A stretch of 64,000 bases of DNA from Eledone cirrhosa. Its lineage: Eukaryota. The stretch covers positions 95,666,001 through 95,730,000 of the forward strand of contig OZ024740.1 of the NCBI GenBank assembly GCA_964016885.1. Direction: 5' to 3'. The notes under the pieces were generated by a model, which saw only the letters and a program-made list of their open reading frames with translations, did not search any database and had not been told where the DNA came from. The translations under genes were made by a program, and so were the position numbers. Positions 27,862-42,105 of the stretch are shown here, in pieces; position 1 is the first letter of the stretch; every line of letters begins with the position of its first letter.

Positions 27862-28735
27862 CGGCGATGAATCAGTTTTGCGAGGTTTTTTTATATGAAA
27901 TCATGTGTCGAAACAAATATTGTTATACTTAGGGAGGGTCATATTTGTGTAATATTGCCAGAATTAATAACAGAACACACTCACTGTTTGGTTGGTTTTC
28001 GCTTCTTGCCTCTGTGTCTTTTATATCGGTAATCTAACTTACTCGGTCCTCAATGTTGCCATTGACTGACCAACGGTCAACAATAATACAGATACAATAT
28101 AGACACAAACACATATATATAGTTTATCATAAATCTTTCGTTGCACATCTGCAACATCGTTAGTGGTGCTATATTTTCCTCCTGTTTTATTGTATGTCTA
28201 CGCCATTTTTATTCAGTCTGTCTATATATTTATTTATTTATTTGCTTGTTTGTTTATTTTGTTTTGTCTTCTTTGCGCATGCGTTTGCGTGTGTGTATAG
28301 TGTTTTGTTTGCTGTGTGATGGGTGACTAGTGTGTGTTTATGTGCTTGTTGTTATTGTGCTTGTGTATGTATTTATTTATTTATTTATTTTATGTTATTT
28401 ACTTATTTATACTTCTCTTAGGTCAGTGTTGTTTGTTTGGGTGTTGTTGTTATTCCATTCATTCTTTCTATTTAATCTTGGTCTTCTAATTTCTATTTCA
28501 CTGGCCTCTCTGATTTGCCTATCTGCTGGGTCATTCCTATGTTTAGATATTATTCTAATTTCTATGTTGTCTATGTTACCGTCATAAGATGTACAGAGGG
28601 TACTTGCAGAAACATGACAACAACATACGTATGTGAGATAGCTCGTAGCATAGGTGAAAGGATAGACCAACACTGGGGGGAACTAAAAGGACGAAAAAAC
28701 GGGTCAGTACTATACGAACATGCTAGACAACAACA
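27861..28735 (-). mobile_element. Truncated copy of PLE E family with 5' inversion
   Basis: 27861-28585 matches 61743-62507; 28583-28735 is the reverse complement of 62507-62659 (GIY-YIG segment). Confidence 0.9.
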
Positions 28736-28989
28736 GCCTGCGCATGATGCAGGTTTCCTGACTTGTTGTTAGATGTGGGCAGTGCCTGTGTGCACAAACA
28801 AGTTAAATATTTTGTGGTTATGTGTAACATCCATTTCATAAAAGTATATATGTGATGTGCATGGGTTTGATGTATACATGGAATATAAAGGATATGTGTT
28901 TCATAAAAATATATATATGGAATGCCCGTGAAGTGTATGTATGAGTGTAATGTGCCAGTAGGGTGCGTTGTGTGCGTATATATATATAT

Positions 28990-30300
28990 CAGCGGCATGG
29001 AACGACAACATTAAAACTAGAATTAAAATTAAAAGTAAAATTAACATCAACATTACAATTAACTGCGACATTAACCCTAAGACCAGCATCATGTCTATCA
29101 TCCAAGTGGCAAATTAAACACCACGAATCGAATATCGGAAATCAACAATTTAAAATTTTAAAATTTCAAAATTTAGAAATTTCAAAATTTAAAATCTCAC
29201 ATATGGTTGTAGACCCAATCATACTTGTAATGAGTCGGCGTCCGCAAATTGGTGTGGTGGTGCTATTAAGGTGTTCTACGAGGTAGGCAACCTTTGATCT
29301 GTCTTTGCTATCGACTTTTGCTGTCATGCATTCATAGTTATGCTGTGTGCTATCGTGGTCCGATGCATGCGCTCCATCTGGTGTCGTGGTGCCGGTGTTG
29401 CGCTACGTAGATCAATTCGGTATCCCTAGGGCGGAGAGCGAGCATTTACATTGGTGTCTGCATTCCATGATGATTTATGACTTGAGGTTGGCTGCGTTGC
29501 CCTTAAGTGATATTATCTCCATAGCCTCGGACAGGCATAACTTGCACTTCCTTTCTGCAGCCTAGTACGCATTTGCATCTGTACATTACTCCAGCTGATG
29601 TCCAATTATATATGCCACTCTCTTTGAGTCTCCATACTAAGTCCTCCAACATGGTGGAGTGTCTCTTGTTCCTGTCCTTGAACCAGCTCTTGTGGTTGTA
29701 CATCCTCGACTTAAAAGACATGGATGTAGTTCCGATGTATGAGTGCCTATCGCTGTGCGTGATTAACCACACATATGTAGACAACGCCCTTAGTCAGGCA
29801 CTTTTCCTGCAGGTGGCACTCCTCAAGGGCACGGTATTTACATGTCCAAGCATCATTTTTGTAAATCCCGTCCATGGTCCTGGCGTCTTATTTGGGTTCT
29901 CAAAGGTCCTCGAGTGGTGCTCCGGCGGAGTGGTCGACTCAGTGTTCACCACCAGCTGGTCCCTGCTGGCAGGTATAGGGCCCTTCGCGGCCGCGGCTTT
30001 GCCCCCAGGCACATCCCCAGAACCATCAGCCTCCTCCGCGTGCCACCTCGCAGACCCAAAACCCCCCGCCCACGGTGGTGCCTGATCGTCGTGCCCGTTG
30101 GATGTCATCAATTTCAACGATTTGGTCCTGGCTATGTAGTTTGCCATGTTGGGTGCCATGGAAAATGAGAACTTCACGGTGTATCGGTTGAAAATGTTGT
30201 GGTACCTGTGTGAAGCCGGGAAACTCTCGTCCAATGCCCTGAAGAAGAGACCTGGCACGTTAGTGCGTCCATGCTTCGAGTAGGCGTCATTAAACCATAT
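28990..30300 (-). mobile_element. Degenerate 3' fragment of a Hydra-type-like PLE
   Basis: FFRALDESFPASHRYHNIFNRYTVKFSFS; SYIGTTSMSFKSRMYNHKSWF; LVWRLKE, homologous to PLE A/B. Frameshifted; left boundary approximate. Confidence 0.82.
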
Positions 30301-30323
30301 TACGTTTCTAGATCTATTCGTCG

Positions 30324-30366
<43 letters not shown>

Positions 30367-30415
30367 TTATCCTTATCGAGCCCTCTTTGGAATTTAGTCT
30401 TCACATTTATTATTA

Positions 30416-30446
<31 letters not shown>

Positions 30447-33299
30447 TACGTTGTATAGGGCGCAAAACCTTTACTGTTATGTTTACAGAACAACACTATA
30501 ACGTCATTTATATAGTAATCATACCTGCCTCAAAAATATTTCTAAAATCGTTTTACTTGGACATTTAATGACGAATTTTTATAATGATAAGTAGCTAAAT
30601 AATGGTATATAAATTAAATAATTTATCATAGAATGAAGATGTTACATAACGTTGATTTGATTTTCAGTAATATGCTACACCTATATGCAGACGTATTATA
30701 TACAACAATAACTGGACTACGGAGTAATATATATATATTGTTATTATCTGAAATGCCATATAGTCAATTTTCTTTTTCAACCCACTATATTTGTCTGACT
30801 GCATGTCTTCCTTTTTATTATATAGTATAGTATACACGGTTTCCTTTTCCTCTAGCATTATTACACTGAGATTAATTTGAAATGTTCATCTCTGAGAGTT
30901 ACTTTGGATAACACCTTGTTATAGTAATTTTCGACATATTAAGGTATCAAAATTAAGATATCATATCAACTAAAATATAGTGGGATATTTATAGAAATAA
31001 ACTAAATCATACTATACATGTGTACGCATGTTAGAGTAGTGTAGTATGCTTGCATTGTATTTGTATACCCTCATAGCATATCTGATTTAGAAGTTCTATT
31101 AAACATAGTAGAAACTTAACCGACCCTTTTAAGCACAGACTACATTTCTCGACGATGTATCACTTCTTTTTTCCCAGAGAACAACTATATAATATATGTG
31201 GGCCATAGGGGCCTTTATAATAACACAATATATTGATAGTGTATATGCATACGAGAGACTAGCTATCATTTTCTATAACTCGGACATCATGTGACATATT
31301 CGCAGTAGCTATTTAAGGAAATGTATCCGTAATTAGTGACAATCAATCACACATCACTGATGATAGATAAACACCCAGAAAAAGCTAGCATTCTCACCAC
31401 TATTGTTATAGCTGTGACATATTCACAGCTTTAAAATATAGCGCGACTCATGAATGTTTATTACGCATACACTTTGGTATTGATTAGGAGATTTGTAATG
31501 GAGTTCTCATAAATATATATTTAATATTGTTATCAAAGTTCTCCCAATATTTAGTTTCTTAAATGATATATTGAAAGTATTTTGGTAACATTCATAAAGG
31601 CCTTTTAAGAAACAATCCAATAAAAATCATCTGAAATTATAGAAAATAGAATATAAAAGGAAAGTAAGACTTTATTATGGTGCGAAATAGAATAAAAAAT
31701 ATATATTTGTACATTTGCTGAATGGTACTTTGAAGTAATTGTTATTTAATTACCCAAATTACAAAATAGCTTCATATATAACATTTCAGATGCAATATTT
31801 TAAACCTACTTCGATTATTTTTAATAATTACCTGCATGTAATAATTTAAGTAAGCACTATATTTTGCATTAACCATTTCTATTTTCATAAACCAAATGTA
31901 AGCATATTGCCAAATATATATTTCTTTTTTTCACGTAAATATACCAATATGTATGAGTAGCTATTCAAAGAGAATAAAATTACCGCTTCTTAGAAGTAAT
32001 TTTGATTTCTTCTCAAGTACTGTATAGCAATTTTTCACAAAAATAGATTTAATGAAAAGAAATATCAATCAGATTTTTCATCTCATCGTGTTTTTCTTTC
32101 TTTTTGTTTTATAGATATAATTTCTACCATCGACAGAATGCAACGCAACAAATAGAGACTGTAAACAATTATATCATTGCAAATAAAAGATTCATACGAA
32201 TATTGGGAATAATGGAAAATAAAGTAATCTGGACATAATTCGAACCTAGAAACATAAGGCATCTTGCAGGGCCTGTTAATTTGCCAATCTGATATTTATG
32301 TCAATACACTTTTCGTGTAAAGTCTCTCTTGAATAATTCAGATTAAACATGAAAGAAATTGAGGGTCACGTAAAGATTTGCAGGGCTCTCGCTATGTAAT
32401 GTGACTCCTACATAGTATTAAATCTAAAGCACCATCGAAATAACTGCAAAAGTATGTCCAGTGCCAATGTCTGCCAAACCAAGATAAAAGAAAGCAACTA
32501 TTCAGGCAAGATAGACATTATAGAAATATATCTCTAAATTTTGAGTTACAACATTTCATGAATCATACATTTCTAGACAGAGATTTAACACAAAATGATA
32601 TACGGGCTGTATTTATTTAAACAACCTGAATAAATATAAAATGTACCCTATACAATTTAATGTATTTCCGATTATGAGAAGAATGTTATATGGAACTGTT
32701 TATTTGCTGGTTTTAGACTTTTCATGTTTGAAAATTGTTATAAAAAGTGAATATGATAAATTCCCCTTCACAAAAATCGAAATAGGTTCAATGATAATGA
32801 ATCTATCAGATTATTGATACAATTATGTCAACATGTTTGTCAAAATATCACTCATTATTTTGTGTATGACTTAACTTAATGATATTTTACATTCGTTGGA
32901 TTGGCGTTGGAAAACTGTAGACAATGGAATCCTTATGACATCTGATGTTTTGATTGATTCTAGGATTAAATCAGATGCAATCAAATATATTTCCAAGAAA
33001 TATAACAATTTATAATTTGATTCTTTCTCATAGAAGTTAGATTCTTTCTCGTGTAATATGGTCTGAACTAGAACATACTTACAGCAACCTTCATTTTAAA
33101 GCTTTTCAGTACAATCGTAAGTAGCACAGTCTGTAAGATTTCACTACAATTATTCTCTAGTTCTTCGTCTTTCTCTTGCTTGATGAGGCCGGGGTCGTAC
33201 TTAAGCGTGCATAGAACGAACCAGGACCACCAACGCCCTATATCGCGGCATCTTCCAGGTCGACCCTCAGAGATCTTCCCTGAGGAGATCAAGCCATTT

Positions 33300-33540
33300 G
33301 GTGCAGAAAAGTATAGGACATGACCGTACAAGCGCATGCGGTGGATAGCTATGAATCGGGGAGCTGTAGGCTGATGCTTGCGCGCACGCAACAGTTCCTT
33401 GCAAACATGATGGTGCCATCTGATGTGTTTGATGGTCTTCAAAGCTCTGATATCGAATTTGTCAATCCTCGTTGCTGAAGTATTTGTGAGGGACCATGTA
33501 CATGCTGATAACGTTGCCATTGATATCCTTCACCAGATAT
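33300..33540 (-). pseudogene. RTE-type LINE ORF2 C-terminal remnant
   Basis: TWSLT..TRIDKFDIRALKTIKHIRWHHHV...RMRLYGHVL matches the RTE post-RT consensus pattern (ETWTL..RLDAF..RCLRRIL.I.W..RRLRW.GHV). Confidence 0.65.
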
Positions 33541-34329
33541 GTCTTGATTAAAAGACTGGACGATCTCTACGCATGTTTTGAATACTTGGTTGAGGTTGTT
33601 TTCCGTGCTGCTGTCACCAGGTGCTTGACTTCTCCCGGTCTTTCATGATGGCCTTGTTACATATCCGGTTCAGCCAGTAGTATTAAGTCATGTCATCGCG
33701 CATGCGAATCTTGCAACGAAATTTAATTATCTCCAATTTCCGCGGTGAAATACAGGGCCGTTTGGAAAGAGGCCTTGCGTTTACCAGGACTTGGTGCTCT
33801 GACTGGGTAACGGTTCATTTAAATATTTCATTAGCATTCACATACTAAAATATCATAGATTTCAGTTGTAGCCTATAGCTAGGCAACTCAACATAGATAA
33901 ATTGAGAAATCCCTCAGTTAAAATAAATTTAATATGTTATATTCATCCACTTAAAACATACTGATATAATGTAGATATAAATTAGAAGGAATGTTATGGA
34001 CAGAAAACTGGTTTAGAAATGCAACATTTCGTGATCATTCAAGCATATCTATTTTTTATATGCAACAGAATATTACAGAATTACCAGAATTACCATAGGT
34101 CAAATATTCTATGGTTTTTGGTGCGTTCTTATATCAGATAAATCCGGATCAAATTTGTAATTTCCTTTTCTGTTCCAGAGAAAGATATATCTGTGAGATA
34201 CTGTGGTGCTAGCAATCACACCCCACATCTTTTATTTTTGGTCGTGTCTTAATGTTAGTAAGAATTTAAATTTTACTTATTTACTTACGATATTTACGAA
34301 CATATATTTAGAAGAATACACAACCAGGC

Positions 34330-35560
34330 ATAATAGCACTTCCAGCACGACTGCGTATATCAATGTTGTTGATGAAGATTATAAAGAGGAGATGTGGCTG
34401 TACGCACACTTGCCGGAGTACTTATCCTACACTTAATGGTTGCGATTTAGCGCCATTTCTCTGAATAGAAATATACAAGCATCCGCATCGAAACACAAGT
34501 GCAATAAGAAGCTCTTTATCGAGCCAATATATCTGAAGAACCTTACTCAGCAGGTACCGATCGTTAACCATTTTGACATCTACAAAGCAAGAATAAACCT
34601 CCTGGTAATACTTCCACAATCTCTGAAATAATGAATAGGGCCGGCTATAATGAGTCTGGGGCGAAAAACACTGTTCATATGCTAACGTGGACACACTTAT
34701 ATCCCTTCATCCCTTTGCCTGACACTCATAATAGATTTTACCCAGGCGGCTTAAGAATGCAATAGCTTTATATTTGGGTCAATCTCTGTTCCTCCCTTTT
34801 TCAAAATTGCCCCTGCGTAAGTTCCTTTCCGGAAATCCAGACCAGACTCGAGATACGAGTCAACCAAGAAATAACTTCATTATTTAAGGATTTTCAAATC
34901 TTAGGCCGAACTTCATCTTCCCCAGTGACCTTGCAGAATTGAATTATTTAATTGCTCTCATGACTGCAACTTCCGAGAGATATTCCATTCCACCCCTCTC
35001 GGTTGTACCATGTGTACATTCGAATATGCTGTTGTGATCGGATTTAAGAGAGAAAAGCTGTATTCTCTCTACATTGTAAGGATGCATATCTCTGAAATGA
35101 GAACTAGATATGCGTTCCGGATAATAGGTGGGAGGGAGAACTTCTTATAATGTATCAGTTGCTGGATTGTCAAAAATATTTATTTCCTGATTATTCCCAT
35201 GTCTTAATGTTGGACGCTGCCACTGTCTTTTCTCCGCTCTTTCGCGCCTGCTTTTAACACAAGAGCAAGAAAGAGGAGTTATTCCGAAGACAAGGTTCGA
35301 AGGCCAGATTTTTTTTATCAAACGACATTATTTATCTCTTGATTTAACCAACGTGTCCTGACATTCGAGGCCACACCAACCCGCTTTCGCCTGCAGCATT
35401 TAACAGCGGGAGAATATACCGCTGTGCTGAACAATTTCAACTCCGCTTCAACTTCATCAGTTTTCTACTGGACTGCTGCGGATAGTATCGGCACATCTCG
35501 TTCTGACTTCTTAACTTGTCAGTTTTCTTGGCTTCTTTGGCTTTGACTCCTCTCAATTTT
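34330..35560 (-). pseudogene. Highly decayed RTE-type LINE RT fragment
   Basis: EQC.F.P, Y.Q.VY.CFVD, R.NG.KS.P..VG, LRQ.C....LLFIIFI and upstream GK..GEDEVRP; many stops and frameshifts; upstream boundary approximate. Confidence 0.65.
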
Positions 35561-37659
35561 CAGATATCTAGAGGTGATCAGATGATAGCTTAGTCCGTCT
35601 CTTAACACAAACACCCATAAAAAGTGAAAGCGATCAAAGAAAATAGTTTAAATCAATTAATGATTTCTGTCCCCGATTCCCTTTCAAATCATGCTTTTTT
35701 GTGTGCTGGGGGAATGTGCGTGTATTAGATTAGAGATTCCATTGCTAGAACAGAAGACTTATTAGGCCTCTACATTTCTATTTAGATCTGGATCGGCTTT
35801 CATTCTAGTCAGCGATTTCTCTGTTAGGAGGGCAGTCACATTACGATATATGACTAAGTCTTAACTACTGCAGTGACTTCATGGAGGAAGGATCTGCATT
35901 CACACACATTGTCTGGTGCTTAAACGTACTCCTTACCTGCAAATGTCGAGACTTTCTAGGTTCCAATGTGTATGGTTTGCTTCATTTCAAGGCGTATTTT
36001 GGGTTACATGCCACACGATCTTAATGAGTCCATCCCATGCCATTTAAGGCAGTTCACAGACACTCACCAGATTTTACAGCATCGAGTAGATATTTGTTGC
36101 ACACTCTCCTCTACTCATGTCCTGAGCGCTTCCCTTAATAACATTTACGGATAACAATGCGTTGTGATCATATGTGATACCTTTTAATATATTGTAGTTT
36201 AGGTTGTCTTATTCGCGCCAGTCACCAATTTAGTAATTTTTTCAGAAACTCGAAATCTAGGATGTGTGATTTTTTAAAAACTAAATGTGCTACCCCTTCC
36301 TCTATCTTACATAGTAGTAGTTTACCGCTGTTGTTCTGGAGTTGGACCATTAGACTGGCGATTGCCCGCTTATGTTACAAATGACCATGTTACCATGTGG
36401 CCATATCACTATCCGCCACTTGCGAAAGAATAGCTCCACCAAGACGTCTACTAGCTTTATGCTAGAATGTTGCTGGTATTCGAAACTATGGCTATCATGA
36501 TTAATCATATGAGTTTTTCGTAACTCGTTGTATTAAGACAGATAAAGTTTAATATATATAGGGACATATTAAATTATGTATACTCTGAAATGGCGGTTTT
36601 AGAAGGGTTGGTTGTTATAGGTAACAGGTTAACCGAAAGTGTAGAGTTTTAAATTTGCTGGCATGTGTATGTAGCCTAAATGTCTGGTGATGAGAAATAA
36701 TCCTCTTTTAATAGTTTAACACGTTTTATTGGAATGGAGATTGAGAGAATCCATATTATTACTGTTAGAAATGTTTCAAGAATGTGAAAGCTAGTTGTTC
36801 TCATAAAGTTTACCTGAGCTTGATAATGAGTTCATTGATAGAGAATCAGCTGAATAGATTAGCAGCATAATTAGGTACTAATTATAGAGATGGCCTTAAC
36901 ACCATTTACTGTTCGTGTTAATTACCTATAGATTAAGATATCAAATTATGAAAATTCCGAAGAGCTGAAATTTGAGAAATATTGATTTATTGGTATATTA
37001 CCCGGAAATATTGAGAACAACGGTTTCAATAACACTGCGGACATAACGGACATGTATCAAATTATGACGAATATAAAGCAGTATCATCTACCATACAGGT
37101 AAGGATTTACGTTCCAGTCTGGTTCAAATTTATGGGATAGATTACCATGGAACATAATTTGTTTTAGAGGCTCCGTTACGTATCACTTTAGAGCCAACAT
37201 TAAATAATGCATTACGATGCACATCCCTTCCAGGAATATATACCACCGTCATCAAGGTATATATTTGAATATTACATTCTATTTTATAGTTGATTTAGTT
37301 TTGGAAGTAACATAAAAAGTTCTTAAGAATAACTAATTCAGATAAAACTGTTCAGTTACGCTAATGTGCAAAATTACACTAGTATAACATTGTGAAAGAT
37401 TTGCTACAGAAATAATGTTTAACGCTTGGGTGTCCAAGTAATGTATTTTTATCACAAACATTAATCATAATCAGGCGATTTTCATTGTTATGGCGGTATT
37501 TATTTAGCAGCCCTGTTCTGGAATGCATTTTGTCTTTTGTGGTAACATTTAGGGAATCACGTATTTAATCACATTTTAAGATACATTTCAAAATCATTTA
37601 TCTATTATTTTCTATTTTTCTTTCCCGATTTAAAATAACATTATTTCATTTCCAGCAAG

Positions 37660-37740
37660 ATTACAAACTGTATGTCTATTTATTACTCGTTTGCTATTTT
37701 TAATAGCAAACGAGTAATAAATAGACATACAGTTTGTAAT
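37660..37740. repeat. Perfect 39-bp inverted repeat with 3-nt loop
   Basis: ATTACAAACTGTATGTCTATTTATTACTCGTTTGCTATT-ttt-followed by its exact reverse complement. Confidence 0.95.
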
Positions 37741-40024
37741 ATTAGGAACAATACACCTACAGAAGTGAACATTTATGTTAATTAACAGTTCAGCCCCAGA
37801 GACGACTGTATCTTATTTTGTATATATAGTTTGCCATATCATTGTTTAAATCAAATAAATATTCGCGAACAGATAATTAACATGGGCATAGTAATTAACA
37901 AGTTAACAAAGATGTACTGTTTAATGCAGTAAATTCCATAGAACAATCAAATGTGATTACGATTTCTCTTCAGAGTCCGCTAATATATATTCCATCAATA
38001 TATTTTAATCTAGTATAGAGATAGAATAATCCATTTTTGCAAAAGCAACATGGTAATACTTTTCAAAATTACAAACGGATTTTAAAATTTGTATTAAAAC
38101 TATCTGCTTGTAGTATAGCAAAATTGCATTATAGAAAAATAGCAGTTATTAAAAGTAACTCCATGGAGCATTTATTCGTTTGCATCTGATTTTCCCGTTT
38201 ACATATAATAATTGAGCTGATGTAAATCTAAACTAGCTGATGAAATTTGTTCCTGAATTTTAATTTCTGTTAAATCAATTTTGCTATAATTGATTTCATG
38301 TTTGAGATAGACAATTATAATGCATTGGCTGTGTGTCAATCGTTATACTGCAGCACTACCAATACAAATAACCTATACACTATTGCAAATTAATATATAT
38401 ATGAAAATACTATGGGATATTATGACTGCAACATTTCAAATAATGTATATAGTTCAAACGCGATAAAGCGATCCTTTTCATAGAAGATTTCCCAAACGTA
38501 CATTTGATTCTATGAATTATGAAAGAAAGTCAAAATTGGAAAAAAATATCAGTTGTATGGAATTTGCGTAACTAACAATTTAATTCAATTAGAAGCAATT
38601 CAGTTTATTATAAAAAATAAATATATAATGAGAAATCGAAATTAGAATGTTATTTAAGTTATAGTTTTCTCATAGATGAGTAGTACATTATGCAATCTTA
38701 AAATAAAAGAAGTATCTGATATATGCGTTATAATTGAAATATATTTACAGAATAGTTATGTCTCCTTCAGAAGTCTATGACATCCAGCAAAGTAAATTAA
38801 CTTTTTAAATATTGCAATTGGATGTTTAAATTTTTTGTCGATACCTAATATTGGATTTTGCTTGTTGATATAGTAACTATATTGTTTAATCGTATAAACA
38901 CTTCAACAAGAGGAAATGCAACTTATTTTGCTTTCAGAGAGCTAAGATCATTTCTATGAATTCTATATTTTTCATGTTTTCATGCATTTCTATATTCTAA
39001 TATAAGAATTATACCGATATAAGCAGCTCATTTGTTAAGGTTATGTAAGTGATATTACAAAGCTTTACCACAAATCTGTACCACGAATGAAAAACAAAAA
39101 CTATGGATTAGATAATGATTATGGACAATTGAATGGTTATTGAGGAAATGTTCGTAATATGTTTGATAAATCGAATTATTTAATGCAATCTTATTTAGAA
39201 ATATTCAATGGAACTAATATGTTAATTACAGCCTCATAAGGTTGATATAAACTATGTTAAATATTTAATTAGGAGATATGATTCGCATCTCATGTAAATC
39301 GCACAAACTCATAACCATGAAATTTACTCGTGCAAATTAGCAAGTAAAATATTATAAGAGTAGTGGTAAGTTTGATTTGCTAATGCTATGAAGCTAAACA
39401 TCTTGATGGGGACATGTCCCAGCAATTTAGCCAATATAATACATGCACAAGATGTTAGAACTGAAATGGTATGCTTCAAGTTAAAATGAATTAATGCGAA
39501 ATCAAGATCAGTCAGTTTATAGTTACAGTGTAATAAACGTGTTTTTTTCCCATAAGCGTAAGAATAATGACGTGAATGTTCTTTTGTTTGAGAATTATCT
39601 GTATTATAAGGGTATAATATCTTACATTACATCCTTCAAAATTAAAAAAATATTGGATATCTTGCATACGTAGACATAGGCCGTTTCATATACAAGCATG
39701 TATATTATTATATTTGGCTATACTGCGTTGAGATATTAGACTATTACCCCACTATGTCATATTCCTTATATGTGTTTGTTGGATGAGTACGTTCAATAAA
39801 CAATAAAAAAAACCCTTTCGAAATTCTAATAGCAATATATTTTACAAAAGATCCTTGAACATTGAAAGAGACAGAAATGTCAACGCCACAGTGGTGTTCA
39901 GTAAAATAATTGATATCATTATTCTAAAGTTGTGTAAGAACATACGATGCCTATGAATGTCTGCGTCTCTTGTGATCATGAATGCAATAATTGTTTCTAC
40001 TTTTGGCACAAGGCCAGCAATTAT

Positions 40025-40135
40025 CCAGTACATTACTGGTACTTTATTTTATCGACCCCATAAGGATGAAAGGCAAAGTTAACCTCGGCGGGATTTGAAC
40101 TCAGAATGGCAAGGGCCGTAACTCTATGCGTCAAA
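40025..40135 (-). mobile_element. SINE-like fragment resembling abundant Octopus/cephalopod repeats
   Basis: GGTACTTTATTTTATCGACCCC..AAGGATGAAAGGCAAAGT..ACCTCGGCGGGATTTGAACTCAG; the reverse complement has a B-box-like GAGTTCAAATCC. Family assignment is from recall. Confidence 0.6.
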
Positions 40136-40288
40136 GCATGAATGCAATAATGTAACAATAATAGGCGATAACACGATGGTCAATCAGTATGACGTCAGAT
40201 TTCTAAATTCAAATGCCACGCAACAATTTCTGTCTGTTAATCGCCAGAATGCTAGAGCATTCATCATTACGTTTTTCGTTAAATATAC

Positions 40289-40372
<84 letters not shown>

Positions 40373-40409
40373 TATGTTACCAATAAAATATCACGCATCT
40401 GATAATTGT

Positions 40410-40812
40410 TTCAATTCAATGTATTACAAAATTCCGGTTCGTTTGGTTTCCTTTCTTTCGAAAACCGGAAGGTGGCTTATATATATTGCCAAATCTTTCT
40501 CGTCACACATTCTGTAACCTCTTCAGTGTCAAGGTTGTTTTTTTTTATTTTGTTTGAGTGTCTCTTTTTTGTTCTGTAGTACACCATCTTGTATTTGTGT
40601 GCTGTGCGTTGTGTGCTTAGTTTCCGCCTATGTTACATCCGGGTGTTTGAGTGTGTGTTTTAAGAATTAAAATAAAAAAGTAGAAATGGAAATTAAAAGT
40701 CTAGTCACTGAGGAGGTCACAGAATGTGTGACCAAAGAGCTTTGAGAATATATAAACAACCTACCGGTTATCGAACTAACCAACAAACCAACCGAAAATG
40801 TACAATAAATTG
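40410..40812. mobile_element. Diverged inverted pair of PLE-tail-like segments with hammerhead remnants
   Basis: The reverse complement of 40410-40530 resembles 40705-40812; CTGAGGA-GGTCACA gaatg TGTGACC and CTGAAGA-GGTTACA gaatg TGTGAC-GAGAAA. Confidence 0.5.
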
Positions 40813-40814
40813 AG

Positions 40815-41285
40815 GGAATGAACTCTTTACCAAAGCTTGTGAGGAGTCACCTCAAAACCTTCAAACTCTTAATCCGTACGACATGGGAGGAGAACATTGA
40901 TGAGGAATTCATTAATAAAGCTTGTGGTACAGTCAGAAAGAGGGTTGAAGAAGTAATCTCCAAAAGAGGAGGACCGCTCTATCCCTAACAGGTTGGAATC
41001 AGGATTGTTTCAGGCACTCCAGAAGAATACTTTAAGCTTCCATTGACCTCCCAATACGGAGCTATGGGGAATTATTATGAAAATGTCATTTTTGTCCATG
41101 ATGAAAGTAATCACAATTTCTCATGGTGAGCTTGGAGATTATTCAACAATTCCCTAACTCAAAGTAAAATCCAATATCTTTAGAAAACGCCCAGTGAAAA
41201 TTCCGTTAAGTCAATGTACGCAACTCTGAGATACAGAGGTTCGCATTTGAATTTCAAATATGAACAATTTTGCTGGAACAATCGT
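40815..41285 (+). mobile_element. Tc1/mariner-superfamily transposon 3' remnant
   Basis: Decayed C-terminus KACE.S..NL.....IRTTWEENIDEEFINKACGTVRKRVEEVISKRGG*; ends at TA. Right boundary inferred. Confidence 0.55.
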
Positions 41286-41304
41286 TATATATATATATAT
41301 ATAG

Positions 41305-41592
41305 TTAAAAGAATAGAGGTGTAACACACAAGTTATTATATATTGGTAAACGGAATAGAAAATGCTGACAAATTGTTCACAGTTGAAAAAGGGTTTAATT
41401 AGGAATAAAAGAGTATTAGTGATTGTATGGGTTAGTATTCAGTTGTGGTTTTAAGTTTTTAAGTTTTTACCGGTTGCGCATTTCTAAATGCTTTTCAAAA
41501 ATAATTTTGAGATAGAGTGTACGTACTCTTTTATTCCTAATTAAACCATTTTTCAACTGTGAACAATTTGTCAGCATTTTCTATTCCGTTTA

Positions 41593-41600
<8 letters not shown>
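41305..41600 (-). mobile_element. Short PLE-tail-like repeat with ~76-bp inverted duplication
   Basis: 41339-41414 is inverted at 41524-41600; homologous to 26660-26925; TA-flanked. Confidence 0.65.
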
Positions 41601-41653
<53 letters not shown>

Positions 41654-41737
41654 AACGAAGGAAATGTGGTAAGGAACCAGGTGGACCATAACGCACCAAA
41701 GTACTCAATACTTGGGGTAGTAGAGTGGGTAATAGGA

Positions 41738-41897
<160 letters not shown>

Positions 41898-41951
41898 TTA
41901 AAAAATAATGAATAAAACAATGAAACAGTTCCTTATATTAAACAAAAAAAG

Positions 41952-42105
41952 TTCATTATTTAACGATCGTTTCTAGGATATATATGTGTTAGAATTGGCA
42001 TGCATATTCAACAGATCTATGTACAAAATTATACAAAATTATACAAACTATCAAAATTAAATATACATACCAACACATATATATGCCGTCTTCAGAAATA
42101 ATGAA
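41952..42105 (-). ncRNA. Type I hammerhead with very long stem II (PLE C tail)
   Basis: Reverse complement of the copy at 53112-53264. Confidence 0.75.

Noticed and set aside
27861-27940. CGATGA...GTCGAAACAAATATTGTT as a hammerhead of the PLE E family
   Set aside because: It is antisense to the element, the core is incomplete and I find no convincing stem I or II.
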